From positions 32,001 to 96,000 of the IMG/VR virus record IMGVR_UViG_3300020411_004289: DNA of 64,000 nt; one strand, 5' to 3'. The DNA comes from a virus. The notes beneath the pieces were generated by a model. The model worked only from the letters and a program-made list of their open reading frames with translations, had not been told where the DNA came from and made no database searches. Below are positions 37,451 through 47,101 of the stretch, piece by piece (within the stretch, counting starts at the first letter, position 1; every line of letters begins with the position of its first letter). A program made the translations under genes and the position numbers.

Positions 37451-40400
37451 ATGATGTATAAATTTGCACACTTTGCTGATGTACACTGGCGAGGCCTTAG
37501 TCGACATGATGAGTACAAAAGAGCATTTACAAAAGCGTTTCAAACACTTAAGGAACAAAATGTAGACGCAATTTTTATAGCCGGCGACATTGTCCACTCA
37601 AAAACACAGGGAATCTCTCCTGAGCTAATAGACAGTCTTTGCTGGTGGTTTAGAGAATTCTCCGAAATTGCGCCCACATATGTGACCTTAGGAAATCATG
37701 ATGGTCTGATCTTGAACAAAGATAGAGAAGATGCAATTAGTCCAATTATTAGAGCACTTAACTTGCCTAATCTTCACCTGATTAAAATGACTGAAAAATT
37801 ATCATTTGATGATAATGTTGACATTGTTAATTTTTCATGTTTTGATGAAGAGTCGTGGGATGAGATGACTCCTACACCTGAAAAAATAAATATTGCTGTT
37901 TTTCACGGTGCAGTTAGAGGGAGCAAAACTGATATTGACTGGGAAATGGAAGGCGAAGTAGAGTCAAGCATGTTCGCTGGTTATGACTTTGTATTTCTAG
38001 GCGATATTCACAAGCATCAATATCTTGAGCCCACTAAGAGAATTGCATATTGCGGAAGTACAATACAACAAAATTTTGGAGAAACTCCGGGCAAAGGCTA
38101 TTTGTTGTGGGAAATTGAAAGCAAAGATAAATTTAAGTCAACACATATACAGGTCCCGCACGACAGGCCTTTCATTACAATCGAGTGGAAAGGCACAGTT
38201 TCCGAGACATTAGATGAGGCAGAACAGTACCCAGATTTCTCCAGATTTAGAATTAAAACAACCATTGCAATAAGTCAAGGAGAAATAAAACAGCTGTATT
38301 CTTCGCTAAAGGAATTTAAAAATGCTTCAGAAATTGTAATGAAGCACGATATACCGAAGTCTGACTTAATATTAGAGAACATAGAAGGTTCGGGTGCACT
38401 TAACCTCCATGACACTAAAACAGTTGCTGATATGATTGTCAACTATTACTCTCGTGCAGGCCTGAGTGATAGGATGAACTCTCGATTAGAAGAGTTAGTT
38501 TACAGACTGTGGAAAAGTGCAGTCAAGGCAGACTATGGATCTGGTGGAAAATGGTCTCTAAAGCGCCTTGAGTTTGATAATACATTCGGATACGGAAAAG
38601 ATAACATTGTAAACTTTGAAAAATGTGAAGGAATCACAGGTATATTTGGAAAAAATAGGTCTGGAAAGTCTTCTATTTGCGGAAGTATTATGTACAATCT
38701 TTTTAATGCTACTGATCGAGGAGCAATATCTAACCTTCACGTCATCAATTCTAGAAAAGGGCATTGCAAAGCTAAGGCTCTCATAAGCAAGAGGGGTAAA
38801 AACTACGTAGTAGAAAGACAGACGATCAAGAAGCAGGCAAGATCGGGAAAGCTTAGTGCAACTACACACCTAAATCTTTTAGAAGTTGATGATAACGAAA
38901 ATGTAATTAGGGATTTGTGCGGAGAGCAAAGAAGAGAAACAGAGAAATCTCTCAAACAAATTGTAGGTACATCTGAAGATTTTTTGTTGACATCATTAGC
39001 ATCTCAAGGAGAGATGAACTCCTTTCTAAAACAGAAGGCATCTGCTAGAAAGTCTGTATTGTCAAAGTTTTTGGAGCTTGATGTTTTTGATAGGCTACAC
39101 GAATCAGCAAGAGAAGAATCTGCAGGTGTAAAGCACTTGTTAAAGGCAGCTCCTGAAAGAGACTTTGATATTTCTATCTTAGATGCTAGAAGTAAATTGC
39201 GCGCAAGAGAAATCGACAGAGAGTCCTTATGGGATGACCTAGAGGCCTTAAGGGTAAAGTCCAGAGAGTTAGAACTAACTTTGGCCACTAGAAGTGACAA
39301 TAATCTAGTAACTCAACAAGACATAACTGAGCAAAACGAAAAGATAGAAAATCTACAGAACCAGATTCTAACTAGAGAAGAAAAAATAGAAGAGTTAAAT
39401 CAGACTTTTGACAGCTTGCTAACTAAAACTTCAAAACTAGAAGATTTTAAATCCGAGTTTCCAATAGACAACCTTAAGTCTTCTATAGAAGAGCAGCGAG
39501 CGCTAGAGAATACTGTGTCTACACTAAAGCATTCTGTAGATAAGGAAAAACAAAAAACCAAGTCATATGAAAAAGAAGTCGCAAAACTAGATGAAGTACC
39601 GTGCGGAGACAGTTTTCCAACATGTCAGTATATAGTAAGTGCGCACAAAGCAAAAAAAGAAGTACAAAAACAAAGTATAAAAATTGAAGAGTTAAAAGAT
39701 GATCTCAAGATAACTCGGCAAAGTCTTAGGAAGCTATTAAATCTAGGTCTAGAAGAAAAACTAGAAAAATACAACGATCTACTGACTAAACATAACGATT
39801 ATTCGGTCCAAAAAAGCAGAGTGGAGCTAGACTTAGTAGCAGAAAAAAATAAGCTACAAAAGGTAAAAGATCAGCTTCGAATTGAAGAGCAGATGCTAGA
39901 TGAGATGAAAGCAAATCTTTCTACAGATGATGCTGCATCTCAAATAAGATCGCTTAGAAACAAGCTAAGAGCATATAAGATCGGCATTGCAGATAAGGAA
40001 ACAAAGCACGCAGCACTTTCAGAGTCAATAGGACTGCTGCAGTCAGAAATAAAAAAGCTCATGAAGGAAAAAGATGAGTTCGAGAGCTTGAACGAGCAGT
40101 GGCGTGTTTTTGAACTCTTTCTGCAAGCAACGTCGAAAAATGGTGTACCGCTAGAAGTCATTAGGTCCAGGCTTCCAGAGATCAATGCAGAAATTGCCAG
40201 TATTTTGCAAGGCGTTACCGGTTTTACTGTAGAGCTTGAGTCTGATGAAGGCTCTAATGAGATGTCTGTTTATATAAATTATGGTGACTCTAGAAGAATA
40301 ATAGAGTGCTGCAGCGGCATGGAAAAAATGATGTCTGCACTTGCCATAAGAGTAGCCTTAATTAATGTTTCAGCTTTACCAAAGTCTGACATTCTTATTA

Positions 40401-40585
40401 TTGATGAAGGTTTTGGTGCGCTAGATAGTGGAAATGTGGAGGCATGCGGTAGATTCTTAGAGTCACTTAAAAAGTGGTTTAAGACGATATTGGTAATTTC
40501 TCACGTCGATGCAGTCAAAGACGGTGTTGATAGCATACTTGAGATTAGGAGAAAAGGCACAGATGCGAAAATTCAATTTACATAG
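37451..40585 (+). CDS. Fused Mre11/SbcD nuclease - Rad50/SbcC ATPase (gp47-gp46 fusion)
   Basis: Phosphoesterase motifs DVH, GD, GNHD and GDIH, followed in the same ORF by Walker A GKNRSGKS, coiled coil, CGDSFPTC, signature SGMEK, Walker B IIDEGFGALD and ISH. Confidence 0.92.
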   Translation: MMYKFAHFADVHWRGLSRHDEYKRAFTKAFQTLKEQNVDAIFIAGDIVHSKTQGISPELIDSLCWWFREFSEIAPTYVTLGNHDGLILNKDREDAISPIIRALNLPNLHLIKMTEKLSFDDNVDIVNFSCFDEESWDEMTPTPEKINIAVFHGAVRGSKTDIDWEMEGEVESSMFAGYDFVFLGDIHKHQYLEPTKRIAYCGSTIQQNFGETPGKGYLLWEIESKDKFKSTHIQVPHDRPFITIEWKGTVSETLDEAEQYPDFSRFRIKTTIAISQGEIKQLYSSLKEFKNASEIVMKHDIPKSDLILENIEGSGALNLHDTKTVADMIVNYYSRAGLSDRMNSRLEELVYRLWKSAVKADYGSGGKWSLKRLEFDNTFGYGKDNIVNFEKCEGITGIFGKNRSGKSSICGSIMYNLFNATDRGAISNLHVINSRKGHCKAKALISKRGKNYVVERQTIKKQARSGKLSATTHLNLLEVDDNENVIRDLCGEQRRETEKSLKQIVGTSEDFLLTSLASQGEMNSFLKQKASARKSVLSKFLELDVFDRLHESAREESAGVKHLLKAAPERDFDISILDARSKLRAREIDRESLWDDLEALRVKSRELELTLATRSDNNLVTQQDITEQNEKIENLQNQILTREEKIEELNQTFDSLLTKTSKLEDFKSEFPIDNLKSSIEEQRALENTVSTLKHSVDKEKQKTKSYEKEVAKLDEVPCGDSFPTCQYIVSAHKAKKEVQKQSIKIEELKDDLKITRQSLRKLLNLGLEEKLEKYNDLLTKHNDYSVQKSRVELDLVAEKNKLQKVKDQLRIEEQMLDEMKANLSTDDAASQIRSLRNKLRAYKIGIADKETKHAALSESIGLLQSEIKKLMKEKDEFESLNEQWRVFELFLQATSKNGVPLEVIRSRLPEINAEIASILQGVTGFTVELESDEGSNEMSVYINYGDSRRIIECCSGMEKMMSALAIRVALINVSALPKSDILIIDEGFGALDSGNVEACGRFLESLKKWFKTILVISHVDAVKDGVDSILEIRRKGTDAKIQFT

Positions 40586-40793
40586 TACACAAATTATAGT
40601 AAAAGGAAGTCAGGCTCCTCTAGAGTGCCCTGTATGCAAATTTGTCTTGAGAGACTCTAAAGATGTAGAGTCTGTAAAAAAAGAAAGAGCATGTACGGAG
40701 TGCACGCTTAATTTCAAACACGTAAATTTAGAGCAATGGCAAGATGGATGGCGACCTTCAATTGATGAAGCTAGATCGAAAATGCATATTTAA
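40563..40793 (+). CDS. Small zinc-finger protein
   Basis: CPVC...CTEC. The ATG at 40563, preceded by AGGAG, is preferred to 40509. Confidence 0.65.
   Translation: MRKFNLHSTQIIVKGSQAPLECPVCKFVLRDSKDVESVKKERACTECTLNFKHVNLEQWQDGWRPSIDEARSKMHI
40786..40792 (+). promoter_or_regulatory. Putative late promoter ATATTTA
   Basis: Motif upstream of the GAGG RBS and ATG 40809, at the start of the packaging/head module. Confidence 0.55.
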
Positions 40794-40808
40794 CACAGAG
40801 GTGATGCA

Positions 40809-41180
40809 ATGAATACAAATACTGCAAGAATTATTGGACAAGTCTTAGAGAATTATTGGGGTACCCAATCAAGTTCTGACGGAACTTTCTCCTTGACTTA
40901 TGACCTATCAGGTGATCAACTTACGCTTAAGTACAAGGCTGTTGTACACTTTGCTTCAGAAAGATCTCTACAGCCGCAAATATCTGAAGCAAATCGAAGA
41001 GCAGTGACAATGGTGAATGAAAAACTTAAAGAACTAAAGTCAGCTTATAAGTCTACTGCAGAAGAATCTCTTAAGACAGAAGATTTAGGCGGCGGCGACG
41101 ATATAGAGCTTTTGCAGCCAAACGGACCTAGAAAAGTCGCATATTATAGATACAACCATAAGTTTAAAATTCAAGACTAG
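40809..41180 (+). CDS. Hypothetical protein upstream of terminase
   Basis: 123-aa ORF with RBS GAGG. Confidence 0.7.
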   Translation: MNTNTARIIGQVLENYWGTQSSSDGTFSLTYDLSGDQLTLKYKAVVHFASERSLQPQISEANRRAVTMVNEKLKELKSAYKSTAEESLKTEDLGGGDDIELLQPNGPRKVAYYRYNHKFKIQD

Positions 41181-41185
41181 ATCAA

Positions 41186-42775
41186 GTGGCCAAGACTTCG
41201 AAACAGAGACAAGTCAAAGAGATAATAAAGTGCGGAAAGGATCCGTCATACTTCATAAACAAGTATGTTAAGATACAGCATCCGACTCGCGGCTTAGTAC
41301 CTTTTGACACATACCCATTTCAAGATGATTGTGTCAAAGATTTTGTAGACCATAGATTTAATATTATTCTAAAGTCTAGACAGCTAGGAATATCTACACT
41401 TTCTGCTTGTTATGCTGTGTGGCTAGCAACTTTCTACAAAGACAAAAACATATTGGTTATTGCAACCAAGCTAGCAGTTGCTCAAAACTTTATCAAAAAA
41501 GTAAAAACAGCTTTGCGGAGTATGCCGGCATGGCTAATGCTACCTGAAATTACATCTGCAAATAAGCAAGGTGTTGAGTTTAGTAATGGATCTGCAATAA
41601 AGGCAGTGCCAACTTCTGATGACGCCGGTAGATCAGAAGCACTTTCTTTGCTTATTGTTGATGAGGCTGCATTTATTAGAAACTTTGATGAATTGTGGAT
41701 GGGGCTTTATTCTACACTTTCAACAGGTGGTCGTGCTATCGTCTTATCAACACCAAACGGTGTAGGAGACAAGTACCATGAGTTGTGCATGGGTGCAGAG
41801 AACGGCGAAAATGTCTTTAATTTTATAAAGCTAATGTGGGATGTCCACCCTGAAAGAGATGATGAATGGTTTGAAACAGAAACCAAGAACATGAGCCGAA
41901 AACAAATTGCACAAGAGTTAATGTGCGATTTTGCAGCATCAGGTGACACCTTTTTAACTGCAGCAGACTTAGAAAAAGTATCAATGCAAATTCAGCAGCC
42001 TCTAGAAAAATGGGGGCCCGACATGGGTGTGTGGGTCTGGAAATACAGGTTGTCTGAGCACAAATATGTAATATCAGCTGATGTTTCTAGAGGCGACGCA
42101 GCAGACTACTCTGCTTTTCATGTTTTTGACATAACCACTTCAGAACAAGTTGCAGAATACAAAGGAAAACTTCCACCAGATCAGTTTGCAGTACTTTTGG
42201 CTGAAGCTGGAAATAGATACGGCGAAGCATTAATATGTCCAGAAAATAACACATATGGCTACGCAACAATAATGAAACTAGTTGATATCGGCTATAAGAA
42301 CCTTTACTTTAAAAATGAAAAAGACAAGTACGCTGCACTGTATGGCATGGGCACACCTGAAACAGCTAAAATAGGTTTTCAGACAAACTCACAATCTAGA
42401 GGTCAGATCTTGACAAAACTAGAAGAAACAGTCAGAACTGGAGCAGTAAGGTTTTATTCTTCTAGATTTTATGATGAGCTTAAAACTTTTATCTGGAAAG
42501 GTAATAAGGCACAAGCTCAAAAAGGTAAAAATGATGACCTGGTGATAGCATCAGCGATTGGAGTCTGGCTTTTTGACACTGATCCAAACAATCACAAGCA
42601 AACACATGATCTCAACAAGGCGATGTTAGCCGGGTTTAATGTAAACTCAAACAAAGCAGACAAGATTTCAAACCCATGGAACAAAGTGGCGTACAATCCG
42701 TTTAAGGCGTATGCAATGCCAAATATGCCACAATCAGGTTCAATGGACGGAATCGATTACAGTTGGCTTTTATAG
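41186..42775 (+). CDS. terL: Terminase large subunit (T4 gp17-like)
   Basis: YPFQ Q-motif, KSRQLGIST Walker A, LIVDEAAF Walker B, STPNG, and nuclease motifs ADVSRG..DYS and DDLVIA. Confidence 0.95.
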   Translation: MAKTSKQRQVKEIIKCGKDPSYFINKYVKIQHPTRGLVPFDTYPFQDDCVKDFVDHRFNIILKSRQLGISTLSACYAVWLATFYKDKNILVIATKLAVAQNFIKKVKTALRSMPAWLMLPEITSANKQGVEFSNGSAIKAVPTSDDAGRSEALSLLIVDEAAFIRNFDELWMGLYSTLSTGGRAIVLSTPNGVGDKYHELCMGAENGENVFNFIKLMWDVHPERDDEWFETETKNMSRKQIAQELMCDFAASGDTFLTAADLEKVSMQIQQPLEKWGPDMGVWVWKYRLSEHKYVISADVSRGDAADYSAFHVFDITTSEQVAEYKGKLPPDQFAVLLAEAGNRYGEALICPENNTYGYATIMKLVDIGYKNLYFKNEKDKYAALYGMGTPETAKIGFQTNSQSRGQILTKLEETVRTGAVRFYSSRFYDELKTFIWKGNKAQAQKGKNDDLVIASAIGVWLFDTDPNNHKQTHDLNKAMLAGFNVNSNKADKISNPWNKVAYNPFKAYAMPNMPQSGSMDGIDYSWLL

Positions 42776-42829
42776 TATAAGGTTAGAATAACAAACGATG
42801 TTAGTTTACCTACATAGTAGAGAGGTGTA

Positions 42830-44779
42830 TTGATGGCTGAAGGATCAAGTCTTTTTAGCAGACTTACAAAACTTTTTAGATCAGGCCCAGTTGTCAAAAG
42901 AAGGGTAAAAAACTTTAGACAGCCTGGTGCGAGTTCTGCTGTTGAAGTATTCAAGAGGGCACACAGTGATGTTTATAGCAACACACTCAGTGCATATGGC
43001 TCCTATGATAGAATGTCTAGATACAGTGACTTCTCAGAAATGGAAGCAACACCTGAAATCGCCGCCGCACTAGATATCTACTCTGAAGAAACAGTCTCTC
43101 CCGATGAGCATCACAGAGTATTACACATTTATTCAGACAACAGAAAAATTCAAGAACACCTAGAACATTTGTTTTATGACATCTTAAATGTAGAATTTAA
43201 CCTTGTCATGTGGGTCCGAAATCTTTGTAAGTACGGTGACTTTTTTCTTTTTAATGATGTCAACCCTGAGTATGGGATTGTTGCTGCATACCCAATTGCA
43301 ATTTCTGAAATGGAACGAGAAGAAGGTTTTGACCCTGACGATCCTTTGGCTGCAAGATTTAGATGGGTAACGCAAGGAAACCAAATGTTAGAGAATTGGC
43401 AGGTTTCTCATTTTCGCTTGCTAGGAAATGATGCTTTCTTACCGTATGGCTCGTCTGTTTTAGAGTCAGCGCGCAGAATTTGGAGGCAGCTCATTCTTAT
43501 GGAAGACGCGATGCTTGTCTATAGAGTGATTCGTGCGCCTGAGCGAAGAGTATTCTACATAGATGTGGGTAATGTGCCTCCTGAAGATGTTTCAAACTAT
43601 CTGGAACAAGCCCAGTCTTCACTAAAAAGAAGTCAAGTAGTCAATAAAGATACAGGACAGGTCGACCTAAGATATAATCCACTTTCTGTGGATGAAGATT
43701 ATTTCTTACCTGTTCGAGGCGGGGAATCAGGCACTAAGATTGATACTCTCGCCGGAGGTCAAAATACAGCTGCAATTGAAGATGTTGAGTACATTCAAAA
43801 GAAATTATTTGCAGCACTTAAAATACCGAGAGCATATCTTGGATATGACGAAGAAGTTGGTGCCAAGGCAACGTTAGCACAGGAAGATATCAGATTTTCT
43901 AGGACAATTCAAAGAATTCAAAAGACTGTAATTTCTGAAATGAACAAGTTAGCTATGATCCATCTTTACTGTCATGGGTATGACGGTGAAGAGTTAGCTG
44001 ATTTTGAACTAAGACTATCTAATCCATCAACAATAGCACAGCAGCAAAAATTAGAATTAATTAGGGCCCGATTTGAAATTGCAGGAACAGTACCTGAAGG
44101 AGCAGTAAATAGAGCCTGGGTGCAAAAGCATGTACTGGGACTTTCTGATGAAGAGGTTCTCGGTGTCAAAGAAGGAAGAATTCAAGATAAAATAGACGAC
44201 GCAGAAGTAGAGGCTGCCCAGCCGCCTGGAGCTGAAGATGAAGGAGGCGGTGATGCAGGAGGCGGCGACGACGCCGGAGCAGGAGGAGATGAAGGCGGCG
44301 GAGGACTTTTCTCAGGTGATAAGCCAGAGGGAGATCTTTTGACAGCTTACCCTGCAGATGATGATGAAGAAGAAGAGCAGTACGAAGAAGATGAGTTTGT
44401 GCTAAATCTTTCTATTGAAGACGAAGATGCACCCATCAAAGCGCAAAATAAAATTATGAATGCTTTTGGCGAGCCAGTCAAGACACGAAGAGTTACAAGA
44501 GGCGGCCCATCAGATACACACGCTCCTGATTTTGCAAAAATGGTTTCAGTTGGAAAGCGCGGTCGAGGTCAAGATTCTCTAAACAAGCCTTTTGATGAGG
44601 ACTTTTTAAATAATCCAGTTGGAGAATCCCTAGATAGTATTACGACCGCCGCACCGCCAAGATTGACATTTGACTTAGTTAAAACTCTCGATAAGATGTC
44701 CAGCAGGATAGGTATATCTAAGGTAGGCTTGCTATCTGAATCTGATGTAAGCGAAGATGAGAGTATAGATGAAGAATAA
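42830..44779 (+). CDS. gp20: Portal protein (T4 gp20-like) with acidic C-terminal extension
   Basis: EDAMLVYRVIRAPERRVFYIDVGNVP and EDYFLPVRGGESGTKIDTLAGG...DVEYIQKKLFAALKIP are gp20 signatures. Confidence 0.95.
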   Translation: MMAEGSSLFSRLTKLFRSGPVVKRRVKNFRQPGASSAVEVFKRAHSDVYSNTLSAYGSYDRMSRYSDFSEMEATPEIAAALDIYSEETVSPDEHHRVLHIYSDNRKIQEHLEHLFYDILNVEFNLVMWVRNLCKYGDFFLFNDVNPEYGIVAAYPIAISEMEREEGFDPDDPLAARFRWVTQGNQMLENWQVSHFRLLGNDAFLPYGSSVLESARRIWRQLILMEDAMLVYRVIRAPERRVFYIDVGNVPPEDVSNYLEQAQSSLKRSQVVNKDTGQVDLRYNPLSVDEDYFLPVRGGESGTKIDTLAGGQNTAAIEDVEYIQKKLFAALKIPRAYLGYDEEVGAKATLAQEDIRFSRTIQRIQKTVISEMNKLAMIHLYCHGYDGEELADFELRLSNPSTIAQQQKLELIRARFEIAGTVPEGAVNRAWVQKHVLGLSDEEVLGVKEGRIQDKIDDAEVEAAQPPGAEDEGGGDAGGGDDAGAGGDEGGGGLFSGDKPEGDLLTAYPADDDEEEEQYEEDEFVLNLSIEDEDAPIKAQNKIMNAFGEPVKTRRVTRGGPSDTHAPDFAKMVSVGKRGRGQDSLNKPFDEDFLNNPVGESLDSITTAAPPRLTFDLVKTLDKMSSRIGISKVGLLSESDVSEDESIDEE

Positions 44780-44793
44780 TAAGAGGGGCCAAA

Positions 44794-45618
44794 ATGGCGA
44801 AGCATAATAAAAAGCGCAACGTCGGTCTCATTCACGAGCAATTAGTAAGATATGCAAGTGAAAAGATCGTCGAAGGAAAAGAAGAGGCTGCTGAGCACGC
44901 AATAGAAATTTTAAATGAACATTTTAAAGAAGGTACACAGCTTTGCAGAGAATTTCTGTTATTTAACGCACTTGTTCATACAAAAGTTCAAAGTAGAGAT
45001 ATTGCTAGAAGAATAATTGAAGAGAGTAAACATGCATGCAAAAATCATGATGATGGTTTATTAAGAACAGAAAAGTCTAGACTTATAAAATCAATCAACC
45101 ATGATATCGATAATGCAGGTTTTTACGCTAGAAGAATTCCGGAATACAAAGTATTTGCTACTGTTCAAACACTCTTAAATGAGTGGCGCGGCGATAATCG
45201 ACTTTCACCGGTTGAAAGAGTAAAATACGAAGATCTCTTAGAAGAGTGGCTTACTAGAGAAAGCAAAGGGAATAACCTAGAGAAAAACCCTGATGCAAAT
45301 CCGTTAACACTTAAAATAATGATGAAAAAGTTCAATAAAAAATATTCTTCATTTAATAGTGAGCAGACACAGCTCTTAGAGTATAAGCTTTTAGGAAACG
45401 ATTCTGCAGTAAAGAGTCATGTAGCAAAAATAAAACAAAAAGCACATGAAGCTCTAAATGAATTTTACAGCACATGTGACAATAAAATTCTTTTAGAAAA
45501 AAGAGAAACAGTTAAAAATAGAATAGACGCTGTGTCTATTGATGCAAATGATAGGTCAATAGCACAAGCTTTGATGCTATCTGCATTAGTTCACGAAATG
45601 GAGGAAGGAAATGAGTAA
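44794..45618 (+). CDS. Head-module hypothetical protein between portal and protease
   Basis: 274-aa helical ORF starting KHNKKRNVGLIHEQLVR. Assigned by position in the head module. Confidence 0.65.
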   Translation: MAKHNKKRNVGLIHEQLVRYASEKIVEGKEEAAEHAIEILNEHFKEGTQLCREFLLFNALVHTKVQSRDIARRIIEESKHACKNHDDGLLRTEKSRLIKSINHDIDNAGFYARRIPEYKVFATVQTLLNEWRGDNRLSPVERVKYEDLLEEWLTRESKGNNLEKNPDANPLTLKIMMKKFNKKYSSFNSEQTQLLEYKLLGNDSAVKSHVAKIKQKAHEALNEFYSTCDNKILLEKRETVKNRIDAVSIDANDRSIAQALMLSALVHEMEEGNE

Positions 45619-46222
45619 ACGCACATTGTTAACTGAGTGGTTAGCATTTGATTATTCTCCTGAGCTTATTAAAGAGTCACGTGAGAACAATAATGGTAAA
45701 GTTATAATGAAGGGGATTCTTCAAAAAGCTGATACACTAAATCAAAACGGAAGAATCTATCCAGAGCCAATTTTGTCTCGTGAAGTAAGAAATTATCAAA
45801 AGTTTATTCAAGAAAACAGAGCTTTAGGCGAGTGCGATCACCCAGATAGCTCAGTTGTTGAATTAAAAAACGCATCTCACATTGTAAGAGAAGCGTATAT
45901 GGAAGGTGATGTTTGTTATGGCACTGTCGAGTTATTAGACACACCATCAGGCAAGATTCTACAGAGCTTAGTTGAGTCTGGAGTAACACTGGGTATATCA
46001 TCTAGAGGTGTAGGTTCTACAACTAGACAAGGCGATCATGATATAGTGCAAGATGATTTTCAACTCATCTGTTGGGACTTCGTTTCTGAGCCTTCTACTC
46101 CTGGTGCTTTTGTTATGAGAGAAGGGAGAGACTTTAGTGATAGCGATCTAAGAAGACATTTCACAAAGTCAGATAGAATTGATAGAATAATGAATGACAT
46201 CATTGATTGGGAGAATGAATAA
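45611..46222 (+). CDS. gp21: Prohead protease (T4 gp21-like)
   Basis: NQNGRIYP, ALGECDHP, SH, LDTPSG, GISSRGVGS (catalytic Ser) and DFVSEPSTPGA. Confidence 0.95.
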   Translation: MSKRTLLTEWLAFDYSPELIKESRENNNGKVIMKGILQKADTLNQNGRIYPEPILSREVRNYQKFIQENRALGECDHPDSSVVELKNASHIVREAYMEGDVCYGTVELLDTPSGKILQSLVESGVTLGISSRGVGSTTRQGDHDIVQDDFQLICWDFVSEPSTPGAFVMREGRDFSDSDLRRHFTKSDRIDRIMNDIIDWENE

Positions 46223-46620
46223 TGGGACATTGGGTTGGAGATAACTGGAATTCAGTTGATGCCTATGGCACTTCCGGAACTCCGTGGACAGAAACAGTGA
46301 CTTTAGCAGCCGGTTCAGTGACAACAATTTCATTTCCAGCGGTCACTCGATGGATTCAGATAATCAATACAGATGCCACTGCTGCGAATAGTGCAAAGGT
46401 AGGCTTTACAGTAAACGGTGTCAATGGTAACCCGGATGACAATTTTTTCCTAGTGCCAGGCGGTACAAATTCGGGAAGACTAGAGGTTAGGTGCATAAAG
46501 ATTTACTTAAAAGCAAGCCAGAATACACCGACTGTAAGCATTGTGGCAGGTATAACTCAAATTCCTACCAATCGTATGTTTGATGTAACAGGATCGAATG
46601 GAGTAGAGGGCGTAGGTTAA
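46222..46620 (+). CDS. Small beta-rich head-associated protein (possible decoration)
   Basis: Thr/Gly/Val-rich 132 aa with TAATG coupling to the protease gene. Confidence 0.55.
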   Translation: MGHWVGDNWNSVDAYGTSGTPWTETVTLAAGSVTTISFPAVTRWIQIINTDATAANSAKVGFTVNGVNGNPDDNFFLVPGGTNSGRLEVRCIKIYLKASQNTPTVSIVAGITQIPTNRMFDVTGSNGVEGVG

Positions 46621-46621
46621 A

Positions 46622-47050
46622 ATGGCAAAGATAACGAGAGCAACTTTAAAAGGCATAGTCAAAGAATGTTTAGTAGAATTACTAGCAGAAGGCCTGGATT
46701 CTTCTCCTGAGCGCACTCAGATTTCAGAAAGCAAAAGAAAAGAAAAAAGAAAGCAAGCACTCTTAAAAGAAGAGGCAAGGTTAGCTGCAAATAGAAAAAA
46801 ATTGGAAAATCGAGTGACTGATACTGTCGCGACAGTAACAGATGATCCTATAATGCAGAGCATTCTTTCACACACAGCAACAACAACACTGCAGGAGCAG
46901 CTAAATAATGAACCAGCTTCAAATGCGGGAAATATGAATTTTTCTGATATTAGTTCAGATGCTGCTGGCATTAATCTAGATTCAATATTTAGTTCGCCAC
47001 AAGAGAATTGGTCGGCTTTAGCATTTGCGGACAAGAAAACAGGCCAGTAA
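46622..47050 (+). CDS. Hypothetical head-module (probable internal/core) protein
   Basis: LKGIVKECLVELLAEG N-terminus typical of T4-like core proteins, with xxE protease-type sites. Confidence 0.6.
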   Translation: MAKITRATLKGIVKECLVELLAEGLDSSPERTQISESKRKEKRKQALLKEEARLAANRKKLENRVTDTVATVTDDPIMQSILSHTATTTLQEQLNNEPASNAGNMNFSDISSDAAGINLDSIFSSPQENWSALAFADKKTGQ

Positions 47051-47067
47051 TAAAGTCGCGGAACGAC

Positions 47068-47074
47068 ATAAGTA
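47068..47074 (+). promoter_or_regulatory. Putative late promoter ATAAGTA
   Basis: Motif upstream of AGGAG/GGAGG and ATG 47102. Confidence 0.55.
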
Positions 47075-47101
47075 GATTAGTAGGAGACGGAGGTTTTTAC
47101 A

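Noticed and set aside
40809-41180. Small terminase assignment for the ORF before terL (or for 4028..4393)
   Set aside because: The only support is position or helical character. I recognised no TerS motif.
44220-44430. GGC/GAA-rich repeats in the portal 3' region (and similar at 49800-50070)
   Set aside because: They encode ordinary Gly/acidic low-complexity linkers and are not DNA-level repeat elements.
41186-46222. Inteins, introns or homing endonucleases in terminase, portal or protease
   Set aside because: Protein lengths and motif spacing are normal. I saw no intein termini or LAGLIDADG, HNH or GIY-YIG motifs.
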